This document shows positions 28,649 through 38,161 of a stretch of DNA of 64,000 nucleotides, piece after piece. The DNA lies in NCBI GenBank assembly GCA_965237415.1, contig CBDEFM010000002.1:640001-704000 (forward strand), given 5' to 3'. The notes under the pieces were generated by a model. It was not told the DNA's origin, ran no database searches, and saw only the letters and a program-made list of their open reading frames with translations. A program made the translations under genes and the position numbers. The stretch comes from Alphaproteobacteria bacterium. GTDB taxonomy: Bacteria; Pseudomonadota; Alphaproteobacteria; UBA828. The number at the start of each line of letters is the position of its first letter. Positions within the stretch are counted from its first letter, which is position 1.

Positions 28649-28736
28649 CGCCGTGCACCGCACCATGGTCCGGCGGCGCGCGTGCCTGAAAGGTCCCGCG
28701 CGCAGAGAGGAGTTACGCCCGCAGGGTCGTGCGCGC
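28649..28736 (+). repeat. Dispersed non-coding repeat, copy C
   Basis: cgccgtgcaccgcaccatggtccgg..gcctgaaaggtcccgcgcgc..acgcccgcagggtcgtgcgcgc; the 3' block matches the reverse complement of 10686-10706. Confidence 0.88.
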
Positions 28737-28781
28737 ATGGGCGAACAGGTACAGGGGGCTGTAGCGTCCCGCTCTTGGTAT

Positions 28782-29711
28782 CTATTGGGGTTCGTTCTTG
28801 TGCGTCACGCCTTCGGTGGGATCGGTTGTCGCCGCGCCGGCTGATGAGCGGCGCTCGGCTTGCTTGGCCTCCTCCCACAGCCGGTCCAGCTCGGCGAGGC
28901 CGACCTCTCCCGCGTCGCGACCCGATTCCGCCAGCGCCCCCTCCACATGCTGGAAACGGGCCGTGAACTTGGCGTTGGCGGCTCGGAGCGCGGCCTCGGG
29001 CTCGACGCCGAGGTGGCGCGCCAGATTGACGCACGCGAACAAGAGGTCGCCAAGCTCCTCGGAAACCGTGGAGTCCGCCGACGTCGTCGAATCTGTTTTC
29101 GCTGCAGCCTCCCGCAGCTCGGCCACCTCCTCGAGCACCTTGTCGAACACCAGGGCCGCCTCCGGCCAGTCGAAGCCCACACGCGCCGCGCGCTTCTGCA
29201 GCTTCTCGGCGCGCAGCAGGGCAGGGAGGGCCAGCGCCACACCGTCCAGCACGCTGGGCGTGCGCCCTTCCGCCAGCGCCGTGGCGTTGCGCTCGGCAGC
29301 CTTTTGGGTCTCCCAGGCCCGGGTTTGCCCCGGCGACGAGCCGCGGACATCGGTTTCTTCGCCGGCGAAGACGTGGGGATGGCGGCGAATCATCTTCTCC
29401 GCGATGCCGCGCGCGACCGCGTCGAAGTCGAAGCTGCCGTCCTCGCGCGCCATTTGCGCGTGGAAGACGACCTGGAGCAGCAGGTCGCCGAGCTCGTCGC
29501 GGAGCGCCGCCCGGTCATCCTGACGGATCGCCTCGGCAACCTCGTAGGCTTCCTCGATGGTGTAAGGCGCAATCGTCTCGAAGCTCTGTTCGAGGTCCCA
29601 CGGGCAGCCGCCGGCCGGATCGCGCAGCCGCGCCATCACGTCGAGCAGTTGATCGATGCCTGCGGGCAGCGCGTGGTCGTCCTTGCGGCTCGGCGGCGGC
29701 GTATCGCTCAT
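28782..29711 (-). CDS. mazG: Nucleoside triphosphate pyrophosphohydrolase MazG
   Basis: LRDP..GCPWD..Q...IAPYTIEEAYEV, ELGDLLLQVVFH, RRHPHVF, VGFDW, second ELGDLLF domain. Confidence 0.95.
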   Translation of the reverse strand: MSDTPPPSRKDDHALPAGIDQLLDVMARLRDPAGGCPWDLEQSFETIAPYTIEEAYEVAEAIRQDDRAALRDELGDLLLQVVFHAQMAREDGSFDFDAVARGIAEKMIRRHPHVFAGEETDVRGSSPGQTRAWETQKAAERNATALAEGRTPSVLDGVALALPALLRAEKLQKRAARVGFDWPEAALVFDKVLEEVAELREAAAKTDSTTSADSTVSEELGDLLFACVNLARHLGVEPEAALRAANAKFTARFQHVEGALAESGRDAGEVGLAELDRLWEEAKQAERRSSAGAATTDPTEGVTHKNEPQ

Positions 29712-29827
29712 CGTTCAGGTGCCGTCGTCACAATTGCGAGAAGAAGGGGACGGCTGCTCCCAGGGTCGGGGAGAACCGCAGACACCGCATTGTAGACCGG
29801 TCGGGATGCCTGCTGGGCCTGAGATGT

Positions 29828-29855
29828 AATTCGCATAAGATATATTATGGAAAAT
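29828..29855 (+). other. dif site (XerCD chromosome dimer resolution)
   Basis: AATTCGCATAA-GATATA-TTATGGAAAAT versus E. coli dif GGTGCGCATAA-TGTATA-TTATGTTAAAT; intergenic and AT-rich; KOPS appear to converge here. Confidence 0.88.
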
Positions 29856-29904
29856 ATTGTCCAGATCGCATAGTGTGTGGCGGTGCAATGGCTTACGGAA
29901 CGCA

Positions 29905-30675
29905 TCACAGCCGATCCGTCTCGATCGTGAGCCCGTCATGGCCCGGCACCACATCGGTCGGTAACGCATCCCGCAGCGTCTCGTAGTCGAACTGATGCGA
30001 CATGTGCGTCAGCACGGCGAGCCGCGGCCTTACCCGCGCGATCCATTCCAACGTGAGGTCCAAATGCGCGTGCGTCGGGTGTTCGCGGTAGCCGAGGCAA
30101 TCGACGATCCAGAGACGCACGCCGTCGAGCGCCGCGAAGGCCTCCTCCGGCAGCGCCTTCACGTCGGTCGAATAGGCCATATCCCCGATCCGGTACCCCG
30201 TGGTGATGCTGCGTCCGTGCCCCTGCGGAAATGGGGTCACGTCGATACCGCCAGCAGCGAACGGGCCGTCGATTTCGACCGCGTTGAGGCTGGGCTTGGC
30301 CCATCCGGCCGTGCCCATGGGCTCGAACGCGTAGGCGAAACGCTCCCTGATGGCCGCCAGCGTGGCAGCCGAGCCGTAGGTATCGAGCGCCCGCCCCATT
30401 TGAAAATTGATCGAGCGCAGGTCGTCGATCCCGTGCACGTGATCGGCATGACCATGGGTGTAAAGCACGGCATCGAGGCGCGAGACTTCCGCATCGACCA
30501 GCTGTGCATGCAGGTCTGGCGGTGTGTCGATCAGGAGCCGGGCGTGATCCGAATCGACCAGCACGGAGACCCGGCGCCGGCGGTTGCGGGGGTCCGACGA
30601 GCGGCAGACCGCGCAGTCGCAGCCGATCATCGGGACTCCGCTCGACGTGCCGCAGCCGAGAACGGTTATTTTCAT
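29905..30675 (-). CDS. MBL-fold metallo-hydrolase (PhnP-like)
   Basis: LGCGTS.GVP.IGC.C.VC, THGHADHVHGIDDLR, AYSTD, H.THA, LTHMSH. Confidence 0.92.
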   Translation of the reverse strand: MKITVLGCGTSSGVPMIGCDCAVCRSSDPRNRRRRVSVLVDSDHARLLIDTPPDLHAQLVDAEVSRLDAVLYTHGHADHVHGIDDLRSINFQMGRALDTYGSAATLAAIRERFAYAFEPMGTAGWAKPSLNAVEIDGPFAAGGIDVTPFPQGHGRSITTGYRIGDMAYSTDVKALPEEAFAALDGVRLWIVDCLGYREHPTHAHLDLTLEWIARVRPRLAVLTHMSHQFDYETLRDALPTDVVPGHDGLTIETDRL

Positions 30676-31472
30676 GCGATTTCAGCGGATTGAGGGATTG
30701 ATTTAGAGAACAACTTGAAGAAATTATCGGTCGTGATTTGGGCCAGCGCGGCATCGTTGAGCCCCTTGAGCTCGGCGAGCCGCGCGGCGGTATGGACCAC
30801 GTGGGCGGGCTCGTTGCGGCGGCCGCGATGGGGCACCGGCGCGAGATAGGGCGCATCGGTCTCCACCAGCAGCCGGTCTACAGGCACGTCGCGGGCGACG
30901 GCGCGCACCTCCTCGGCGTTCTTGAAGGTCAGGATGCCCGAAAACGAGACGTAGAGGCCGATCTCCAGCGCAGTCTCGGCGACCGCGCGGCCCGCGCTGA
31001 AGCAGTGGATGACGCCGGGAAAGGCCCCCTTCCCCGCCTCCTCGCGAAGGATGCGGCAGGTATCCTCGTCCGCAGACCGCGTGTGCACGATGAGCGGCAG
31101 CCCGGTCTCCCGCGCCGCCGCGATGTGCTGGCGAAAACTGGCCTCCTGCTGGGGCCTCGGGCTGTTGTCGTAGTGGAAATCCAGCCCGGTTTCGCCAATC
31201 CCGATCACCTTCGGATGCTCCGCCATCCGAACCAGGTGGTCGGCCGACACCTCCGGCTCCTCAGCGACGTGGTGCGGATGGATCCCGACCGAGCACCAAA
31301 TCGCTTCATGGGCCTCGGCCAGGCCGCGGACCGTATCGAATTGGGTCACCCGCGTGCAGATGGTCTGCAGGGTGCCGACCCCGGCTTGCGACGCGCGCGC
31401 AAGCACGCCATCGAGATCGTCGCCGAAGTCGGGGAAGTCGAGATGGCAGTGGCTGTCAACCAGCATCCGCAT
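30672..31472 (-). CDS. tatD: TatD family DNase
   Basis: DSHCHL, GIHPH, IGETGLD, IVHTR, HCFS, ETDAPYLAP.P.RG..NEP. Confidence 0.93.
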   Translation of the reverse strand: MRMLVDSHCHLDFPDFGDDLDGVLARASQAGVGTLQTICTRVTQFDTVRGLAEAHEAIWCSVGIHPHHVAEEPEVSADHLVRMAEHPKVIGIGETGLDFHYDNSPRPQQEASFRQHIAAARETGLPLIVHTRSADEDTCRILREEAGKGAFPGVIHCFSAGRAVAETALEIGLYVSFSGILTFKNAEEVRAVARDVPVDRLLVETDAPYLAPVPHRGRRNEPAHVVHTAARLAELKGLNDAALAQITTDNFFKLFSKSIPQSAEIA

Positions 31473-31486
31473 ACTCGTCCATAATC

Positions 31487-33046
31487 TCAGGAATCCGGAC
31501 TATCCTCAACGAATCGCGGGAAAATCGGCTTGGGCTTGGGCAACGGCGTGCCCGGCGCGAGGCGCCCATCGGGACCGAGCGCCGCCAGATGACGCGCGTC
31601 TTCTGCCACCCCCAGCTGATCGAGCATGCGCCCGCTCGAGGCCGGCATGAACGGCTGGGTCAGCACCGCCAGATGACGCAGGGTCTCGATCACCACATAG
31701 AGCACCGTCGCCATGCGCGCCGGGTCCTCCTTGCGCAGCACCCATGGCGCCTGCTCGTCGACGTAGCGGTTGGCCTGACCGACGACCTCCCAGATGTGGA
31801 TCAGCGCCCGGTGAAACGCCTGCTCGCTGAGGTCGGCCCGGACCGCGACCACGAGCGCCTCGGCTGCGCCCAGCAGGGCGTTGTCTGCCGCCGTGAAGGC
31901 GCCGGGCTCGGGCACGGCGGCGGCGCAGTTGCGGTTGATCATGGTCAGCACCCGCTGCGCCAGATTGCCGTAGTCGTTGGCCAGGTCGTCGTTCGTGCGG
32001 CCGACGATCGCCCGGTGCGAGAAGTCGCCGTCGCTGCCGAAGGGCAGCGCCCGCAGCAGGAAGTAGCGTACGGCGTCGATCCCGTAGCGGGCGACGATGT
32101 GGTGCGGGTCGATGGCGTTGCCGAGGGATTTCGACATCTTCTCGCCCTCGATCGTCCACCAGCCGTGGGCGAAGACCCGTGTCGGCGGCTCGACGCCTGC
32201 CGCCATCAGGAAGGCGGGCCAGTAGACGGTGTGAAAGCGCAGAATGTCCTTCCCCACCATGTGGAGATCGGCCGGCCAGTACGTGCGGTAGAGATCGCTC
32301 TGCGTATCGGGGAACCCGGCGCCGCTGATGTAGTTGGTCAGCGCGTCCAGCCACACGTACATCGTGTGGTCGGGATCGCCGGGTACGGGAATGCCCCATT
32401 TCAGGCTCGCGCGCGATACGGAGAGGTCGTTCAGCCCGCCGGAGACGAAGCTGATGACCTCGTTGCGCCGGCTCTCCGGCGCGACCGCGTGCGGGTTGTT
32501 CTCGTAGAATTCGAGCAGCGGCTCCTGCCAGGCCGAGAGGCGGAAGAAGTAGCTGGGCTCCTCCATCCATTCGACCGGCGAGCCGCCCGCCACCGTCACC
32601 TTGCCGCCGTCGGGGCCGGTCGTGACCTCCGATTCGGTGTAGAACGCCTCCTCCCTGACCGAGTACCAGCCCGAATAGTTGCTGAGGTAGATGTGACCGT
32701 TGGCCACGATTCGGCGCCACAGCTCCTGGCATGAGCGCGTGTGACGATCCTCTGTGGTACGGATGAAGTCGTCGTTGCTCAAGCCCATGACCTCGCCAAG
32801 GTCGCGAAACCGCTGCGAGACCTGGTCGACGAAGTCCTGCGGCTCCATGCCGGCGGCGACGGCGGATTTCTGGACCTTCTGGCCGTGCTCGTCGGTCCCG
32901 GTAAGGAACAGCACGTCGCGGCCGTCGAGCCGCATGAAGCGGGCCAGCACGTCGCAGGCAAGCGACGTGTAGGCGTGCCCGATATGGGGCGAATCGTTCA
33001 CATAGTAGATCGGTGTGCTCAGGTAGTAGGCCGCTCGGGGCGCCAT
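31487..33046 (-). CDS. metG: Methionine--tRNA ligase
   Basis: PIYYVN..PHIGHAY, GTDEHGQK, YVWLDAL.NY, GKDILRFH, KMSKS. Confidence 0.97.
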   Translation of the reverse strand: MAPRAAYYLSTPIYYVNDSPHIGHAYTSLACDVLARFMRLDGRDVLFLTGTDEHGQKVQKSAVAAGMEPQDFVDQVSQRFRDLGEVMGLSNDDFIRTTEDRHTRSCQELWRRIVANGHIYLSNYSGWYSVREEAFYTESEVTTGPDGGKVTVAGGSPVEWMEEPSYFFRLSAWQEPLLEFYENNPHAVAPESRRNEVISFVSGGLNDLSVSRASLKWGIPVPGDPDHTMYVWLDALTNYISGAGFPDTQSDLYRTYWPADLHMVGKDILRFHTVYWPAFLMAAGVEPPTRVFAHGWWTIEGEKMSKSLGNAIDPHHIVARYGIDAVRYFLLRALPFGSDGDFSHRAIVGRTNDDLANDYGNLAQRVLTMINRNCAAAVPEPGAFTAADNALLGAAEALVVAVRADLSEQAFHRALIHIWEVVGQANRYVDEQAPWVLRKEDPARMATVLYVVIETLRHLAVLTQPFMPASSGRMLDQLGVAEDARHLAALGPDGRLAPGTPLPKPKPIFPRFVEDSPDS

Positions 33047-33071
33047 GGGCTCTCGCCTCCGGTCCTGCCGC

Positions 33072-34151
33072 TCAGGCCCGCGCGGCCTCCTGCAGCGCCG
33101 AGAACGCGCCGATCAGGACCTGCCGGGGGTCGAGGTTGAGCCCGTCCGCGTCGGCGAACGAACGGCCGAGGTTTTCCCACACGCCGACCCAGCGATCAAG
33201 CGCCGCACCCTCCAGGAGGGCGGCGCTCGCCCTTTCGCCCGGCACGACCTCCTCCATCGTGTGGAGCTCGCTCCGGGCCGCGGCCCGGATCGAGCGGCCG
33301 AGCCACCAGAGGATCAGCTCCGCGAGCGTGCGCATCCGATCCACGCCGTCCCGGCCCGAGAGCCCGTCGGCCAGCTCGTGAAGCGGCCGCGTGTCGAGCG
33401 CTGGCAGCGTGCCGACGAGCCCGATAAGGCGCCGGTAGAGGGCGACTCCGCCCTGCTCGGCCAGCGCCGCCGCGCGGCCGGGGCTGCCTTCGGCAAGCAG
33501 CCCCAGCATGCGCCGCTCGGCCGCCGGCAGAGTGGGCATGGCCTCTGCGAGCAGCCCATCGAGCGCCGGCGCAGGCAACGGCGAGAGCGCAAGCACGCGA
33601 CAGCGCGAGCGAAGCGTCGCCGGCACGCGGCTTGGCGCATGGCTGACGAGGAGGAAGAGCACGCGGCTCGGTGGCTCCTCCAGGCGTTTGAGCAGGGCGT
33701 TGGCGGCGTTCCGGTTCATCTCCTCCGCCGCATCGACGACCACCACCCGCCAGCCGCCCTCGCCCGCCGTGAGCGAGAGGAAGGCATTGGCGACCCGCAC
33801 ATCGTCCACCACGATCTCGGCGCGGAGCCGCCCCCGGTCGCCGAGACCCCGTTCGACCACCGCGAGATCGCTGTGTCCGCCGGCCGCGATCCGTCGGAAG
33901 ACCGGATGGTCCGGTGGCATCGCCAATCCGTCGCCGCCGCCCCCTTCTCCACCGGCGAGCACGAAACGCGCGAATCGGTAGGCCAATGTCGCCTTACCGA
34001 TGCCGCGGGGACCCGCGATCAGCCAGGCGTGGGCGAGCCTGCCGCTCTGCCATGCCTCCATGAAGGTGCTGGCAGCGCTCTGGTGCCCGACGAGATGCGG
34101 GTTCTCGCGCGGTGCTAGCCAGGCAAAGGCCGAATCGGCGCCCTCACCCAT
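33072..34151 (-). CDS. holB: DNA polymerase III delta' subunit
   Basis: HAWLIAGPRGIGKAT, AANALLKRLEEPP, TLRSRC; lies between tmk and metG. Confidence 0.93.
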   Translation of the reverse strand: MGEGADSAFAWLAPRENPHLVGHQSAASTFMEAWQSGRLAHAWLIAGPRGIGKATLAYRFARFVLAGGEGGGGDGLAMPPDHPVFRRIAAGGHSDLAVVERGLGDRGRLRAEIVVDDVRVANAFLSLTAGEGGWRVVVVDAAEEMNRNAANALLKRLEEPPSRVLFLLVSHAPSRVPATLRSRCRVLALSPLPAPALDGLLAEAMPTLPAAERRMLGLLAEGSPGRAAALAEQGGVALYRRLIGLVGTLPALDTRPLHELADGLSGRDGVDRMRTLAELILWWLGRSIRAAARSELHTMEEVVPGERASAALLEGAALDRWVGVWENLGRSFADADGLNLDPRQVLIGAFSALQEAARA

Positions 34152-34782
34152 CGAACGAGACCGGGAGACGGGCCGCCACAATCTCCAGGATCGCGCGGCC
34201 GACCGTTTCGGGATCCGCTGTCGCATCCACCACCGCGAAGCGCGCCGGCTCGGCCCGGGCGCGGGCGATGAAGCCCTCTCGAACCCGCTCGTGAAAGTCC
34301 GTGCCCATGCGCTCGTAGCGGTTCGATCCCGCGCGCGCGCCGGCCCGCCTGAGCCCTTCCGCCACCGGGACATCCAGCACCACCGTGAGGTCCGGCTGGA
34401 AGCCCCCGAGAGACAGCGCGCTGAGACGTTCCAGGACGGCGAGATCGGCGCCCTGGCCGTAGCCCTGGTAAACGATCATCGAATCGACGAAGCGGTCCGA
34501 GATCATCCAGAGACCACGCTCCAGCGCCGGCTCGATCGTGTGCAGCAAGTGGTCGCGCCGTGCGGCCGCATGGAGCATGGCCTCAGCCAGCGGCTCCCAG
34601 CGTTCCACGGGGCCCGAGACGAGAAGCCGTCGTATCTCTTCGGCGCCGGGCGAGCCGCCGGGTTCGCGCGTTGCGAGGGTCTCGACACCACGCGCTTCGA
34701 GGGCGTTACGAAGGCGCGCGGTTTGCTCCGTCTTGCCGGCGCCTTCGCCGCCCTCCAGCGTGATGAAGCGTCCGCGCGTCAT
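34144..34782 (-). CDS. tmk: Thymidylate kinase
   Basis: FITLEGGEGAGKT, TREPGG, SDRF.DS..YQG, PDLT. Confidence 0.95.
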   Translation of the reverse strand: MTRGRFITLEGGEGAGKTEQTARLRNALEARGVETLATREPGGSPGAEEIRRLLVSGPVERWEPLAEAMLHAAARRDHLLHTIEPALERGLWMISDRFVDSMIVYQGYGQGADLAVLERLSALSLGGFQPDLTVVLDVPVAEGLRRAGARAGSNRYERMGTDFHERVREGFIARARAEPARFAVVDATADPETVGRAILEIVAARLPVSFDG

Positions 34783-34799
34783 GCGGCGGTGCAGTAACT

Positions 34800-36008
34800 C
34801 TAGCCGCCCCGGCCCCAGATCAGCGCGTCGATTGCGGCCCCAATTCGTCCGAAGCCGGAGAGACTGTCCACCGACGCGCCGGCTACCAGCGGCCATTGGC
34901 GCGTCTCTACCTTCGGCGCGCTGACCACCAGGGTGGCCACCCGGTCCCCCTTTTCGACTGGCGCCGCGATCGGGCCGTCGGCCAGGATTTTCACCACCAT
35001 CTCCTTGCGGGACTTGCGTGGCATCATCAGCACGACGTCGCTTTCTACGACGAGGGGCAGCGCATCGGCCTCGCCGAGCCAGACGTCGAACTGGTCGACC
35101 ACCTGGCCCGCGCGGAACAGGACGTATGTCTTGAACGAACGAAAACCGTAGTTGAGCAGGCGTTCCGATTCCCGCGCCCGGACGTCGACGCCTTTGATCC
35201 CGTTCACGACCAGCACCAGGCGCTGCTCCCCGCGTTTCGCCGATGCTGCGAGGCCGTGTCCCGAGGCCTCTGTGTAGCCGGTCTTGAGGCCATCTGCCCC
35301 GTCAAAGCGGTAGAGCAGCGGGTTGCGGTTGCCCTGCTTGATGCCGTTGTAGGTGTAGCTCTTCTCAGCAAACAGCGGGTAGTACTCAGGGAAGTCCACA
35401 ATGATACGCCGTGACAGCTCGGCCATGTCGCGAGCCGTGGTGATGTGGTCGGGATCGGGCCAGCCGGTGGAGTTGACGAAGTGACTGTCGTCGAGGCCGA
35501 GCTCGGCGCCCGTCTCGTTCATCAGGTCGGCGAAAGCGGCTTCCGACCCGGCCAGGCCTTCGGCTATCACGATGCTGGCGTCGTTGCCGGACTGCACCGC
35601 GATGCCGCGCAGCAACTCGCCTACGGTTACCTTCGAATTGACCTCAACAAACATGCGTGACCCTTTCATTCGCCACGCTTTTTTGCTCACCACAAAGGTG
35701 TCCTCCATAGAGAGCCGACCGTCTGCCAGGTGCTCGTAGGCGACATAGAGCGTCATGATCTTGCTCATGGACGCCGGGTACATGGGCTCGTCGGCATTCT
35801 TCTCGGCGAGGACCATTCCGGTCCCTGCATCCATCAGGATGAAATGCTGCGCTTCGGTATCGACCGCAACGGCCGGCCGGGGCAGCGACGCGGCGATGAC
35901 GGCGGCACCCACGCATAGGCACAGGGCACAGGCGAAAGCGGCAAGCCCGACACGTCGGCTGATTGTTGGGACTCCTGGATCGGCCATCTCGTTCCGGCTC
36001 CTCCTCAT
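34800..36008 (-). CDS. dacA: D-alanyl-D-alanine carboxypeptidase (S11, PBP5-like); start approximate
   Basis: PASMSK (SxxK), SGND (SxN), LKTG motifs; hydrophobic signal region. Confidence 0.9.
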   Translation of the reverse strand: MRRSRNEMADPGVPTISRRVGLAAFACALCLCVGAAVIAASLPRPAVAVDTEAQHFILMDAGTGMVLAEKNADEPMYPASMSKIMTLYVAYEHLADGRLSMEDTFVVSKKAWRMKGSRMFVEVNSKVTVGELLRGIAVQSGNDASIVIAEGLAGSEAAFADLMNETGAELGLDDSHFVNSTGWPDPDHITTARDMAELSRRIIVDFPEYYPLFAEKSYTYNGIKQGNRNPLLYRFDGADGLKTGYTEASGHGLAASAKRGEQRLVLVVNGIKGVDVRARESERLLNYGFRSFKTYVLFRAGQVVDQFDVWLGEADALPLVVESDVVLMMPRKSRKEMVVKILADGPIAAPVEKGDRVATLVVSAPKVETRQWPLVAGASVDSLSGFGRIGAAIDALIWGRGG

Positions 36009-36072
36009 CGCATCGGTGTCTTCGGCAAGATGTACACCGTCGCCGGGGGGCGGGCCAAGCGTCAGGGCGTCT

Positions 36073-37023
36073 TCAGCGGTACCCCGCCGCGATGATCTGC
36101 GACTCCGTGAGCCCGGCGCGATTGAGCTGGGCGAGAATGGTGGCCGCCTCGTCGTTCGAGTCGACCGGGCCGATGCGGACCGCATAGACCATACGCCCGC
36201 CGCGCCGTTCCGCCTCGACCGCGACAGAGCCAAGCGTGCGCACTATGGCGCCCAGACGGTCGGCGTCGTCGCGCCCCTCGAGGACCGCAGCTTCGACCAG
36301 GAGCCCGGGCGACCGACTGCCGCCGCTCGTACCTCTGGCCTCCACCCGAGTCGGGCGTGCGGCGGCGGTGCGTACCGGCTTGACTGGTGGCAACACCACC
36401 GTAGCGGTTGATGGCTCCGGCTGGCGAGGCTTGACGGCGACGGCAGACGCCCCGTCGGCGAAGGCGATCTTGGGCGAATCGGCGGGCCACGGCACGTCAG
36501 GCTGGACGTGGTCCAGGCCGAGATACTCGACCCTGACCTCGGCCAGGCCCTTGCGATAGAAGCCGAGCAGCTGTGCGGCACGGCGAGAGACATCGATGAG
36601 CCGCCCGTCGATGAAGGGCCCCCGGTCGTTCACGCGCATAACCACCTGCCGCCCGTTCTCGAGGTTGGTCACGCGCACGCGGCTCGGCAGCGGCAGTGTC
36701 GGATGGGCGGCCGTCACCTCGTTCATGTCGTAGCGCTCGCCGTTCGCCGTCGGCTGGCCGTGGAACGGGTGACCGTACCAGGAGGCGACGCCGGTCCGGT
36801 CGTAGTTGGAATCGTAGCTCGGAAAATACCAGACGTGCTCGATCAGGTAGGGCGTACCGAGCTTGTAACCGTCATCCTCCGCCGCTGCGGGCAGCGGCTG
36901 CGTCTCCTGCGTCTCAAGGCTTAACTTTTTGACGACATGGAGGGCGAGCTTCACCTCGCTGCAGCCGGCCAGCGCGAGCAAGCCGAGCGCAATCGAGGCG
37001 AAGAAGAGCGGTTTCCGCGTCAT
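36073..37023 (-). CDS. rlpA: Septal ring lytic transglycosylase RlpA lipoprotein
   Basis: Lipobox LAGC, GVASWYG..FHG..TANGE, TAAHPTLP, VNDRGPF, C-terminal SPOR-like region. Confidence 0.92.
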   Translation of the reverse strand: MTRKPLFFASIALGLLALAGCSEVKLALHVVKKLSLETQETQPLPAAAEDDGYKLGTPYLIEHVWYFPSYDSNYDRTGVASWYGHPFHGQPTANGERYDMNEVTAAHPTLPLPSRVRVTNLENGRQVVMRVNDRGPFIDGRLIDVSRRAAQLLGFYRKGLAEVRVEYLGLDHVQPDVPWPADSPKIAFADGASAVAVKPRQPEPSTATVVLPPVKPVRTAAARPTRVEARGTSGGSRSPGLLVEAAVLEGRDDADRLGAIVRTLGSVAVEAERRGGRMVYAVRIGPVDSNDEAATILAQLNRAGLTESQIIAAGYR

Positions 37024-37042
37024 CGGCTGGATCGGCCGGTCG

Positions 37043-38053
37043 TCACCGCCTTCCGATTCCGTCGGCAAGCAGACCGACAGATGTTGCGAAATAGAACGAC
37101 CGGTTCCACCGCATGATCGTCCGGTAGTTGTTGTAGACGAGGTAAGCAGGCCCCTCTTCCCCGCCGGGCAGGACCACCGAGCCGCTAATCGCGGCTTGCG
37201 GCAGGTCACCGCCTTCGTCGCGCCGAAGACCCAGGGCCTGCCATTCGGCGAGGGTCTTCGTCACCTCCAAACCGAAGAGTGCGTGATCGAAGCCGGCTGG
37301 CAGCGCCACACGTCGGCCCCAGGTCTCGCCGGCACGCCATCCGGCCTGGGCGAGATAGTTGGCCGCAGAGGCGAAGACATCGGTCTGTGTGCCCCAAATG
37401 TCGCGCCTGCCGTCGCCGTCATAGTCCACGGCGTAGTTCACAAAGCTCGAAGGCATGAACTGGCTCTGCCCCATGGCGCCGGCCCAGCTTCCCACCATCG
37501 CCTCAGGCGTGATGTGGCCGTCCTCCAGGATGCGAAGCGCGTGCAGCAGCTCCTGACGGAAATAGGCGCTGCGTCTGCCGTCATGGGCGAGTGTCGCGAG
37601 CGCGCCGATCACCGAGAACCCGCCGAGATATTGGCCGAAGTTCGTCTCGATGCCCCAGAGCGCGACGATGAAGCGGGGCGGCACACCGTACTTGCGCCCG
37701 ATCGGCTCGAGTATGTCGCGGTGTGCGGCGAGCAGCTCCCGACCCTTCGCCACGCGCGATTCGGGCACCACGCGCTCCACATACTGGGCGAAGGTCAGGG
37801 TGATTTCAGGCTGGGAACGGTCCAGTTCAATGATGCGCGGAATCGGCTCGACGTCTGCAAAAGCCGCGTCGAACGTCGCGGCGCTAATCCCGAGGCCGAG
37901 GGCCTCGCTGCGCACGCCTTCGCGCCATTCTGCGAATGTTTCGGCGGCGTCTTCTTGCGCCAATGCACTGCCCGCCATCAGCGCGCCGGCAAGCGCTAAT
38001 ATTGCTGCCATGCGCGCGGATCTTAACCCGATTTGCGATTCGCGCCGTTTCAT
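37043..38053 (-). CDS. mltB: Lytic murein transglycosylase (MltB/Slt family)
   Basis: DRSQPE, ALWGIETNFG, GSWAGAMGQ.QFMPSS, VDYDGDG..DIW, WNRS..FA. Confidence 0.9.
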   Translation of the reverse strand: MKRRESQIGLRSARMAAILALAGALMAGSALAQEDAAETFAEWREGVRSEALGLGISAATFDAAFADVEPIPRIIELDRSQPEITLTFAQYVERVVPESRVAKGRELLAAHRDILEPIGRKYGVPPRFIVALWGIETNFGQYLGGFSVIGALATLAHDGRRSAYFRQELLHALRILEDGHITPEAMVGSWAGAMGQSQFMPSSFVNYAVDYDGDGRRDIWGTQTDVFASAANYLAQAGWRAGETWGRRVALPAGFDHALFGLEVTKTLAEWQALGLRRDEGGDLPQAAISGSVVLPGGEEGPAYLVYNNYRTIMRWNRSFYFATSVGLLADGIGRR

Positions 38054-38123
38054 GGGGGGCCCCTATGACACGCTTAGTATCAGCGCGCCACCCCCCCAAT
38101 TGTCGCGACGCTATTCAGATAGT

Positions 38124-38149
38124 CGTGATCGGGTTTCGACCCGGCCACG
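38124..38149. terminator. Stem-loop (TTCG/CGAA loop) downstream of the dehydrogenase gene
   Basis: CGTGATCGGGT-TTCG-ACCCGGCCACG hairpin just past the stop at 38162. Confidence 0.35.
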
Positions 38150-38161
38150 CCGAGAGGCGTC

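Noticed and set aside
38115-38160. tRNA or tRNA fragment near mltB (GGGTTTCGACCC)
   Set aside because: Only a single hairpin; no cloverleaf, anticodon arm or CCA
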